Both the position numbers and the translations under genes were made by a program. A stretch of DNA of 63,377 bases, filler included, from Stramenopiles sp. TOSAG23-2 (Eukaryota): assembly GCA_900128395.1 (NCBI GenBank). It is 10 parts of 10 records of this genome, joined end to end, with 100 filler letters (N's around TTAATTAATTAA, not from the genome) between each part and the next. Parts side by side here need not be neighbours in the genome. Positions count along the whole stretch, not along the records: positions 44,529 to 50,754 come from LT650498.1; positions 50,855 to 57,068 come from LT650499.1; positions 57,169 to 63,377 come from LT650500.1; 7 more parts are not named here. The stretch is one strand, 5' to 3'. The first letter of the stretch is position 1. Every line of letters starts with the position of its first letter. A model generated the notes under the pieces. The model saw only the letters and a program-made list of their open reading frames with translations. It ran no database searches and was not told where the DNA came from. Positions 47,501 through 57,935 of the stretch are shown in pieces.

Positions 47501-50500
47501 CTTTCCAGCATGTATTCGCCCAACAGCATCAGTAGGTTACGATTTTACAAATATCAATGAAACTGATTTAAGAATGAATAGTTTAAAGGTTACTGGTTTA
47601 AAATGCGCACCTGGTTATCAAGGTACACCAAGCGTTAGTAAATGTCATTTTGCAAATCATGAATATTCTGTCACTGGGTGCATTCAATTGCCATCATGCA
47701 CATCTATGAAATTTATGTCTGTTCCAGGCTACGACTTTACAAATGGAGTTGAAGATAATTTAGCGATTGGTCAATTAAATATTTATGGTATCACATGCGC
47801 TAATGGTTATGTTGGATCACCCACAATAAGTACATGCAACGCTGCTGATGAACCATACAGTATATCGGGCTGTATTAAAATACCAGTATGTTTAAGTTTA
47901 TGGATTAATTCTAGCTATTTCCAGAAAACTAGTGGAAGATGTAATGATCTTGATCTTGTTGATCTTGGAATAGGTATTGGTACGAAGGATGAATGTGAAG
48001 CTGGGGCTAAAAAACTTAGTTATAACGATATGACAGCTACAACAACATCTACCCTCCATTTTCCGCCAGGATGTTCTTATTATCACACCACAAACATGTT
48101 GTATTTCAACGCATTACAATCAAGCAACCAAGTTTGTACCTCTAGTAAATCTTGTCTTTGTAAGAAAATAGCGCAGATACCAGGCTATTACAACGTTGAT
48201 AATATACAGGAACATAATTTAAGGACTGATATCATTAGTGTTACTGGTGTTACATGTGCACATGGTTATATTGGAACACCAAAAATAATTGGATGCTCTG
48301 TTGATAATAGACCATATCATATATCAGGTTGCTTTCCAGCATGTATTCGCCCAACAGGATCAGTGGGTTACGATTTTACAAATATCAATGAAACTGATTT
48401 AAGAATGAATAGTTTGAAGGTTACTGGTTTAAAATGCGCACCTGGTTATCAAGGTACACCAAGCGTTAGCAAATGCATTATTGGTAATACAAATTACGTT
48501 ATCGTTGGCTGCACTGCGATACCCGATACATGCACACGGCCATTTTTTTCTTCGCATAACGCACAAGCAAATAGTATGGCGGGATATGATTTTTCGGCAG
48601 TTGTAGAAACAAGTTTGAGAAAAGATCAATTACATGTAACTGGTATCAAATGTGCTGCTGGTTTTGCTGGGGTAGTATCGGTTTCTCCATGTGTAAGTTC
48701 AAACGAACCATATATTGTTTCCGGATGCGTTCAATTATGCAAAAGGCCTACAAATACTGTAGGATACAATTTCGACGCTGTTATCGAATCGTCACTGAAG
48801 ATTAATCAATTTGATGTGACTGGCATTACATGTGCTGCTGCTGCTGGTTATTCCGGATCTGTATCTGTATCTAAATGCGCGAATGGGAATGGTACAGAAT
48901 ATTTAATTACAGGATGTAACTTAGATCCGACTAAAGTTTGCGTACGCCCATCTATTTCTACTTTGCAATCATATGGGTATAACGTCATTGAATACGACAC
49001 AACAAAAGAAGGTTTCAATGTTGTTGTTGATGGTTGTCTTGGAGGTTATGTAACTAGAAATGGGATTATTCCAAGCGTAACCTTGTGCAATGATCTCGGT
49101 GACACTTTTAGTGCTTATACTTTGCAGGGTTGTTATATGAGGAATGTAAGGAGGTACAAACTGGTAACGTCCGGTTTATGCAAGCTGAACGATGAAATTT
49201 TAAACGAAGGAGATTGTAACAGTGGAATTAGTCATCTAGGATTGCACGATGAATATGGTGACGTGTTTAGAGTATTTAGTCATGCTAATACCAATGTTCC
49301 AGGATGCTACGTTTCCACTGAGTTTAAAAAATCGTATTTGAATAGGGGAAATGTTCAATATAGAGAACAGTGTTCATCAACAACGAAATGTATATGCATC
49401 GATTCAACAAAACCACCAGGTGTACCTAATATATACCACACAAGTACAGCTGTACCGACTACTATATTGCCGTCTATTTCAACCACTTCGATTCCAGTAC
49501 CAACAGCTGGTGTTGAAACTACAACGGCAGTTCATCAACAATCACCAACTACTACTACTGCTCCAACCAACCAACAAGTAACAACCTCAAGCCTAGAAAT
49601 TGAAAACATCGTTGTAGAACAAAAATTGGAATTCAGTGGAGCAACTGAAACCCAATTAAAAGCTAATAAAAAAAGTATTGAAAAGGCATTAGCAAAAACA
49701 CTCGGTGTAGCTGCCAATGATGTAACAATCATTGAAATTATTGAAGTTCAACGACAAAAAAGACGAAATTTACTAGGAAGTAGTAGCAGTAGCAGTAGTA
49801 GTAGCACTGAAAAGAGTACATATATTGAAATAATTTATGAAGTAAAAGTTAAAGATGAAGTCGAAGCAAAAGGTATGGAATTAAATATGAAAAAAGAAAC
49901 CTTTAAATCCACTATTAACAGTAACATACAAGCAGAATCACCAAGTTTAAATGCTACTGTAGAAAATGTTGAAAACCCTACTGTTAAAAAAAGGTACAAG
50001 CAGAATGTAGGAAATGCAAATACACTTGGTAGAAAAAGTAATACAGAAAATGACAATCATGCTAGTACAACAGATTCCAATGACAAGGAAGACGCATCCT
50101 CATCATCATCATTTACAATTGTTATAATCTTATTTGTAGCTGCAATATTATTTGGTAGCGGATTCATGATTTATAATCGCAAATATAAAACCAAAACAAT
50201 TAACAATGGTTTCAAAGACAATATTAAGTTACAAAATAGAAATACATGGGATATGAATGCAATTGAATTAAAAAAACGTGATAATCCAAATAAAATAAGT
50301 GCAAATGATAATAGTAGTACAAAAAGTAGTAGTAGTAGTAGTAGTAGCAGCAGCAGCACTACAAATACAAAAATTAAATTTCAATTAAATCCATTACGTA
50401 CATCAGCAATTGGCTTTGTAATAGAAGACAAAATAGAAGCAGCTAGACCCCCAATGTTAAATAAAAATTCAAAGCCGAACCGTCATTCTGTAATGACTAT

Positions 50501-50630
50501 TGATAATGACGAACAATGGATTGAATATATTGATGACAATAATGGCAAACCATATTACCACAATGTGATATCAAATGTAGTTCAATGGGAGAAACCAAAA
50601 GAACTTTTATTTCATAAAATTAGTTCGTAA
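44529..50630 (+). CDS. Modular single-pass surface protein: Cys-rich repeats, RCC1-like repeat array, Thr-rich stalk, SEA-like region, TM, cytosolic WW domain; exons <44529-46316 and 46434-50630 (5'-partial)
   Basis: Frame is open from the scaffold edge (SLRIDNTFDVTNLQCASGY). Intron 46317-46433 (gtatgt..ctaac..atag) restores the repeat consensus 'ENNLAMNEIN|VTGLKCANGY'. TM 'FTIVIILFVAAILFGSGFMIY'. WW 'WIEYIDDNNGKPYYHNVISNVVQWEKP'. Confidence 0.88.
44869..45958 (+). repeat. Coding tandem array of about ten 114-bp (38-aa) RCC1-like units
   Basis: Core gcctttgctgcattaaaa (AFAALK) at 44913, 45027, 45141, 45255, 45369, 45483, 45597, 45711, 45825 and 45939. Confidence 0.95.
47368..48475 (+). repeat. 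Near-identical intragenic duplication of about 277 bp (47368-47644 and 48199-48475, offset 831 bp)
   Basis: Both copies encode NIQEHNLRTDIISVTGVTCAHGY...CAPGYQGTPSVSKC, with only a few substitutions. In frame. Confidence 0.88.
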
Positions 50631-51699
50631 TTAAAATATAAATTATTGACACATTATTAATTCTTGTATATTTTTTTATTTTTATACGTATAGAGTTATC
50701 TACATTAAAGATGGTGAATTTTTTTTTTTTTTTTTTTTTTTTACTTTTTTTTTTNNNNNNNNNNNNNNNNNNNNNNNNNNNNNNNNNNNNNNNNNNNNTT
50801 AATTAATTAANNNNNNNNNNNNNNNNNNNNNNNNNNNNNNNNNNNNNNNNNNNNGATAATTGTCCCTATGAAGTTTTTTTAATATATGGAAATAGCATTA
50901 TAAAATTAGTATGGACACAGTCCTTTCAACATTTTACTCATGAAAATTGTGTTTTTCAGCCACATTTTCTGTTTTCCATTTCCTATCATATTTATACTTA
51001 ATATAGTCCTTTTCATATACTAAGTAGATTTGTAGTGTTTGATATATTTGATAGGCCAGATTAGGTGTTTTTTGTACTTGAGAGAAGGGCAAATTTCTTT
51101 ATTTATCCATATCGGATATTTATACAAATATTTTAACCACAAAAAATAATTGAATTTTTGACCATACCGATCTAATTATCATAAAGTAGATACACTAGTA
51201 AGTATAAAATCTAAAAAGCTCCTATTCGACCTATAAGAATGTTTTTTTTTTCCATGTTTACTGGAGTAAGGAATAAATGCCACCTGGTGGTAGGCTTGAT
51301 AATTTTTTCAATAGTAAACAGTAAACAACAGTGTCTTATTATAGCGTCCATACCGAATACCACCTCCCTATTTTTTTTTCATTGCTGGATTACTTTCATT
51401 ATTGGATTAGTACTAAAGCTTCACATCTTTTTAGTACAATACTATACCAGTACTGTAGTACAATATATTACTGTATTGTAATGGTTATTAATTTCAATTA
51501 TTATCTTTAGCGTATCACACTTATATTTATTATTATTCGAATAAATAATTAAAACATTGTGGTGCTGTGTACAATCTATAATCTTAAAACGTAAGGTCCA
51601 TTATTTAATTTAAAACGGACAACCATAACAAGTAGAGTAGAATTGCAACAACAACAAAGATAACAGCAAATAATACATTTTTTTTTTTAAAGTGTCAAC

Positions 51700-54069
51700 A
51701 TGGCTGCTGTAACTTCCAATTTATCTCAATTTGCACCTGTTTATCAACCTATATCAATTAAAGCACCAAGTGAAGTTGAAAAGTTTGCTTCTAAAGTTTT
51801 AAAAACTTACATAGACCTTGCATATCCTCAGGAATCAACAGAAAGCAGGCAAGCCCGTGAAAAGGTGTTGGCAAAAGTGGAAAAACTTATTAAAACTCTT
51901 GTCAAAAATTGTACAATTGAAACTGGTGTTTCTGAAGATCAAGCAAATGAAGGTGGTGGAAATATTTTCATATCCGGTTCATATCGTCTTGGTGTACACA
52001 CGGAAGGGACAGATATTGATATTATATGTTGTTTACCTAGGCAAGTTAGCAAAGACCATTTTTTCGGAAGTTTTCTAGATCTATTATCTGCCCGTTCCGA
52101 TGTCTCCGAAGTGACGCCGATTACTGAGGCTGTTGTTCCTATGATTGGTTTGAAAATTGATGGTATTGATATTGATTTATTATATTCTTGCTTACCATTT
52201 TCACAAGTTAAGTTAAAGGAAAAAGATATTTTAGATGACAATATATTGAATGGTGTAGACGATCAAACGGCAAAATGCTTAAATGGGCCCAGGGTAACAA
52301 ATATGTTGTATAAATTAGTACCGAATTTTGAAGAATTTGCGATATGCTTACGGTGTTTACGGTTGTGGGGTAAGAAACGTGGCATTTATTCAAACAAAAT
52401 GGGGTATTTAGGAGGGGTAAATTTTGCAATACTAAGCGCGTTTATATGCCAATTATATCCTAAAGCACCTGCAGCAACTTTATTAAAGAATTTTTTCCGT
52501 TTGATGTTAGATTGGAAATGGCCAAATCCAATAAGATTATGTCCAAAATATGAGCCTGGCTTAAATATGGAACAGTGGGATCCAACGATTGATCGTAGGC
52601 AATTACGCGATCTTATGCCAATATTAACACCTGCATATCCAATCATGAATTCTACATATAGTACAAATCAACGAACGATGGAGGTGATGATGATGGAATT
52701 TCAACGTGGAAAAGATATATGCGAGAAAACAATTACGAAGATTATGTTGCGTAAATTGAAGGAAGATAAATTAAGAAAGACATATTCATCATCATCCTCA
52801 TCGCAATCCAACATTGAAAATGATAACCGAAGTAATAATTTTGCAATGAATGAAATCACAGATGAATTTTCAGAATTGTTTAAACCATTTGATTTTTTTT
52901 CTCATTTTTCAACTTATTTAGCGATTTGCATGACAGCAAATACAGAGGATGATCTGTTGAAATGGGAAGGTTTTGTTGAATCTAGAGTTCGACAATTGGT
53001 TATGAAGTTAGGATATTTGCCTTTTAGTGCTGTAAGACCACATCCAAAAGTGTTACACGATGAAGAAAAGAATAAATTGGCAAGCAATGGAAATGGTGTT
53101 TTTTCTGCTATGGCATTTATTGGAATAGAAACTGATCCAAATCGTGCAAAGGGCGAAATACAAATAGGTAGACCAATACAAACATTCAAAGATGCACCGA
53201 AATTTGGTGTAATGAATTGGAATGGGAGAAAGGAAGGCATGAGTGTGGAGGTGAAAATATTAAAATTTAAAGATTTACCATCATTTATTTTTCCAAAGGA
53301 GAATGGTGGAAAACAAGAGGCAAAGAAACGACATAAAATTATTCGCAAGCGTATCAAAGAGGCATATGAGAAGGAAAGATTGAAAAAAGAACAGGAAAAA
53401 CAAGCACTACTTGCTGCAACTACATGGACTAGAAAAACATCGACAGAAGAACAAAAGACAATGTTCGATAATAATGGCAGTGGTGAAAATGATGATAATG
53501 ACAATAGTAACAGCAAGAGCAACAATAATACAAAAACGAATGACGTAGCTAATGAAACAGAAGATAATAACAACAACGTGAAGGGTGTTGAAGATAGCAG
53601 CAGCTTACTTTTAAATGGGAAAGCAGATGACGAAATAAGTAGTGTCTTAGATAATAGTAATATAGGTACTGATATCAATGAAAAATCCAAAGTATTTTCT
53701 GATGTAAACGAAATTACAGATACACTAAAATATGAGATGAAGTCAGCAAATATGGTTGAAACTGATAATGAATTAAACAGTAGCTCTGCTAATGATGATG
53801 ATGATAATAATAATAATAATGATAATAAGCAGATTAGTATTGGTGATCACACAAATGATAAAGTAAAGCAAAAACGTATTACCGAGTTAAATTTATTAAA
53901 AGAAAAGAATAAAGAAGAAGATGATAGACTGAAAGAAGAAATGAGAAACACCATTGATTTAAATTCAATGTTTAAACAATCAAAAAAAAGGAAAAATAAT
54001 GGCAGGACTAAAAAAAGAAAAAAAATGCGTTGTAGCCTCAAAAGTGCTGGAAGCATTCAAGAATTTTAA
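51700..54069 (+). CDS. PAP1: Canonical nuclear poly(A) polymerase
   Basis: 'ISGSYRLGVHTEGTDIDIIC', 'GIDIDLL', 'CLNGPRV', 'WGKKRGIYSNKMGYLGGV', 'WKWPNPI', 'LMPILTPAYPIMNST', 'WEGFVESRVRQL'. Confidence 0.95.
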   Translation: MAAVTSNLSQFAPVYQPISIKAPSEVEKFASKVLKTYIDLAYPQESTESRQAREKVLAKVEKLIKTLVKNCTIETGVSEDQANEGGGNIFISGSYRLGVHTEGTDIDIICCLPRQVSKDHFFGSFLDLLSARSDVSEVTPITEAVVPMIGLKIDGIDIDLLYSCLPFSQVKLKEKDILDDNILNGVDDQTAKCLNGPRVTNMLYKLVPNFEEFAICLRCLRLWGKKRGIYSNKMGYLGGVNFAILSAFICQLYPKAPAATLLKNFFRLMLDWKWPNPIRLCPKYEPGLNMEQWDPTIDRRQLRDLMPILTPAYPIMNSTYSTNQRTMEVMMMEFQRGKDICEKTITKIMLRKLKEDKLRKTYSSSSSSQSNIENDNRSNNFAMNEITDEFSELFKPFDFFSHFSTYLAICMTANTEDDLLKWEGFVESRVRQLVMKLGYLPFSAVRPHPKVLHDEEKNKLASNGNGVFSAMAFIGIETDPNRAKGEIQIGRPIQTFKDAPKFGVMNWNGRKEGMSVEVKILKFKDLPSFIFPKENGGKQEAKKRHKIIRKRIKEAYEKERLKKEQEKQALLAATTWTRKTSTEEQKTMFDNNGSGENDDNDNSNSKSNNNTKTNDVANETEDNNNNVKGVEDSSSLLLNGKADDEISSVLDNSNIGTDINEKSKVFSDVNEITDTLKYEMKSANMVETDNELNSSSANDDDDNNNNNDNKQISIGDHTNDKVKQKRITELNLLKEKNKEEDDRLKEEMRNTIDLNSMFKQSKKRKNNGRTKKRKKMRCSLKSAGSIQEF

Positions 54070-54521
54070 TAAGAGGGAAGAGAGATTGTGAGCCGGCAGG
54101 TCATTAATATTTTTATACAAGCCGTAAAATAAAATAAAAAAGGATTAATAGTATACGAGAATGGGGCATTATTTGTTATTGTATATAATATTTACGAATC
54201 GTATATTTCATATTTTACGAAAAGTTATATTATATATATCAACACACATGAGTAAATTAAAAATAAATTATGCGTAAATTAAATTATATATCAACACACT
54301 AATGGTATAATAATAGTATTAACGGGTGAAATTCGGAGTCTTTTTTTTTTTTCAGGAGACTTTTATAAGGTAAATCTTTAATCAGGAACATATTACTCTA
54401 AGAGAAATGCAACAAATGCAACTGCAAATGTAGTAAATTAAAAAATAAAAAAAAATTGACGCAAATTAAATACGAAAAGTTCGTAGTATATGCGCCCTAC
54501 CATATTATACTATATATGATA

Positions 54522-55244
54522 TTAAGAGTTTATACATGAAAGTTTAATTTCGTTTAATACTTTTGTTGCTGTATCTGAAAGTGGGTGTACCCATAGAAGG
54601 CTTTTTCGATGCCTTACCAAGGCCCGAAGAAGCCGAACTCGATCGTTCGAAGGCATATTGAAGACAAAGTGAAGTGACCCCCATATATCGGCATTCGGCC
54701 CCATGTGCCACATCGATTCGGGTATGGTAATTGTGAAGGATTCATAATTAATTTGCTTTGCAAATGGGGCTACAACTAGATGAAATCCATCGCTGATAAT
54801 AACTGGTATGCAGCCTGCAGCAAGGGCATCATAAAAACGACTAGTATGTGGGTCGTCACCTCGTAATATGAGACAAAATTTCGAGTTTTGCAATTCATCT
54901 TTGTATTGCTCAGTAGTTTGCGCATGTTTATGGCTAACAAAAATACCATGCTTGCCAAGCCCACTTAAGGAGTGTCTTGTGAAATTCCGCAGCCAACCGG
55001 AGCCCCAAGCACGATGAAGATCACTACCAGAGCCCCTAAAATATATCGAAATTTGTCGCTTGTTCCATCTGTCAAAATCTTGCAGCACTGCATCTTCAAC
55101 CATGTAATACTTCCTTGTGAATATTGGCAAATTGATTGTACATCGCCACGGTTCCCATTCCCTTTGCCAGTACTTCCATGGTAAATCGCCAAAACGCTTT
55201 TTCGGTAATACTTTTCGAGGAACACAATGAACATGGCACCACAT
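54522..55244 (-). CDS. Exostosin-family (GT47) glycosyltransferase, C-terminal part; N-terminus and membrane anchor not found
   Basis: 'IYFRGSG', 'YKDELQNSKFCLILRGDDPHTSRFYDALAAGCIPVIISD', 'PFAKQINYESF'. An in-frame TGA lies just upstream of the ATG. Confidence 0.8.
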   Translation of the reverse strand: MWCHVHCVPRKVLPKKRFGDLPWKYWQREWEPWRCTINLPIFTRKYYMVEDAVLQDFDRWNKRQISIYFRGSGSDLHRAWGSGWLRNFTRHSLSGLGKHGIFVSHKHAQTTEQYKDELQNSKFCLILRGDDPHTSRFYDALAAGCIPVIISDGFHLVVAPFAKQINYESFTITIPESMWHMGPNADIWGSLHFVFNMPSNDRVRLLRALVRHRKSLLWVHPLSDTATKVLNEIKLSCINS

Positions 55245-55518
55245 GCCTCATGCAACTCATATTGATTGGTAATAATTTAATAATGATAATACCAGGTAAC
55301 CTGAAAGGCCCGATGAGGCTTGAACTGGAACCCCTGTCCTGCGACATAAAATCCGAGGAGAAAGGCAAAATATTTTAATTTTGTTTCAAAATTCTGACGG
55401 CAACAAAAATTAAAATATATTTAAGGTAAAATACAAAAAAAAACTAAAGTGATCAAAACCGCGGCTTTTTGTCAAAATGTAAATATGAAATATGATGGGA
55501 AATGTGTGTAAAAGGCAT

Positions 55519-55836
55519 GAAATGAAAGTGGATTTGTGATGGATTACTTAATATGGAGATGTACAACTTTCACTTTCTGTTGATCAAAAAAAATATTCTT
55601 TATATATGTATAAAATCACCGTCGTGCTCAATTCCAGAGTGCGTTTATGGCATCTTCTTGGCCTCAGAAAAATTAGGCATGAAATTTTTCAAAAAAAATA
55701 ATTTTTGTCAAAATGTAGAAATTTGGTTTGATAGTGATGTACGGGTAAATTGTACTTAAAGTATACGAAATTAGTTATTTGGCACCTTCCCATCAAGCAA
55801 AGGTCACTTCTCAGATTGTCCGGGTCATAATATGAT
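55519..55836. mobile_element. Diverged partial copy of the MITE-like family at 12058-12549
   Basis: Shared blocks 'ttgtgatggattacttaa', 'tttcactttctgttgatcaaaaaaaa', 'taaaatcacc(a/g)tcgtgc', 'catcttcttgg', and a TIR-like 'tctcagattgtccgggtcataatat' near 55810-55834. Confidence 0.6.
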
Positions 55837-55872
55837 GTTTATATATAAAAATATATAAAATCATTTACTTTT

Positions 55873-56894
55873 TTAGTATACTCCAGGAATTAATCTTTTC
55901 CAATCCTCTTGCAAATCAGGAAAATGTTTCTCATTTTTATAATACCATTTCAATGTAGCATGGCTGCGACCAACTAAATAAGAAAACATACTAACAGAGA
56001 AAACCAAAGACGAATGATGTTGAAAGCATAACGAAAAACCTACCCACTGAATTATTTCACAAAAATAATGTGGACATGCAACTAATGAAAACATCCCACC
56101 GATTGGCAAAATATATTTAAACTCTTTCTTATCATGCATAAAATTAAAAGATGTTCGTAAATTTGCAAGTAGCAAATGGTGGCTAGATATAATGACAAAT
56201 AGTTGATATAAATAACAATTACAAGTAGTAAAATAAAATAAAATAAAATATTGTGTGTTAGTTAAAAATTAAATTATTACGTTATTTTGAAGAGGTCCAA
56301 TGTGGATTTCAATAATTTGATATATACTTACTAATAATTACCACAAATACCAATACAATACAAAAACAAACCGATTACAAATTCCATACTTTCTATCACT
56401 GGTCCATGGTCTTCTATACCTTTTATTCTATTTGTTAGATAATATCCTATAGTAAAGGAAAACATAGAATAGAAACAACATATTGCAATAACTGTTGGCA
56501 AGGACATAAAGCCACTATATTTATGGATATACAACGTTTCTAAACATCTTTTTGAAAAGTGACCAATAATTAAAAGAGATATAATCGTATGGTACCAACT
56601 GATATGGAGTAAAACCGCCCACGAAACATACATAAAAGATAAAAGCGGGACGAAGTACAATATAAGCATTCCAACTTTTGATGGTATTGCACTTTTTTGG
56701 TCCTTTATACCAAATTTTGAATATGCGAAATTTAATAAATTGTTTCCTTCAATAAGTGCTATGAACGGCGACGATAAAATCATTATGGTAAAGATCTCTT
56801 TTTCAATATTAGTTGCTTTATCATCTATAAAATACAAGCCTGTGGAAGAAATGATGCTACTGTATGAATCTACAATTGATGAATAATTAAACAT
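55873..56894 (-). CDS. Steroid 5-alpha-reductase / very-long-chain enoyl-CoA reductase family protein; exons 56894-56332 and 56182-55873 (290 aa)
   Basis: 'AYSKF', 'HFSKRCLETLYIHKYSG', spliced 'GICGNYYHHLLLANLR', 'YILPIGGMFSLVACPHYFCEII.W', 'KRLIPGVY'. Intron 56331-56183 reads gtaagt..ctaac..ctag. Confidence 0.9.
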
Positions 56895-57935
56895 GGCTCA
56901 AAAATTGATTGAGTATTTATTTGAATTTGATTGCATAATGATGCATGTTTAATACACGGTATATTATAATTATTATGATATACATATAATTTATATTATT
57001 ATTATCATCATTTTATAATACAAATAGTTTGCGATCAACATGGGCCACCTGGAAAAACACGACGCCCANNNNNNNNNNNNNNNNNNNNNNNNNNNNNNNN
57101 NNNNNNNNNNNNTTAATTAATTAANNNNNNNNNNNNNNNNNNNNNNNNNNNNNNNNNNNNNNNNNNNNTCGCCATAGTTTCGATAATATTATAATTAATT
57201 AGTTGTCACAATATATATATATATATACCGTTATATATAATCACTTGATCAAGTATAGAATAATAACACACACAACTTTGTCGTGTTCTACTACTCTTCT
57301 TATTTAATTCTATTAATACTATCAATTATATTTTTAAATAAATATTTTGATGAGTCTAACGAGGAGGAGATGGGGATGGTTTTGGTGTTTTTTTGATGCT
57401 GCTCTGGTGCTGTGCACCTGTTATTATATTTTTGGATTTGCCATGCCGGGCATGCAATTTTGCACTTTTCTATTTTTCTTAAAAATATTTTAATTTCAAA
57501 AAAAAAATAAAAACAACAACAAGGAAAATGCGAAAGGTAATTAGAATACTGGAATATAATACCTTAACAATTCTAAAATTTTCTTACGGGTTTAATTAGC
57601 TATTAATAGTAGTGCTATTTGCATGTACTGTATTATTCTCGTCGACGATCAAAAAATCAGAGAGAAATCTCTCTGAAAAAATCATCAAAAAACAGCAGTT
57701 AGAAAAAAAATATATTATTAAGTTATAAAAGTTAAAACACAAGTAAAAACAAATACAATTTGAATTTTGAAAATACTGACTGTAATACATTGTCAAGGTG
57801 TAACAACAACACAAACACGATATTGCATCCACGTATCTACCCCCCCTGTCTCTCCCCTATCTCTGTGATAAGTCTAGACGACTACAGACTTTGTATACAC
57901 AATAACAATTATTATTAAAAATATACAGATAATAA

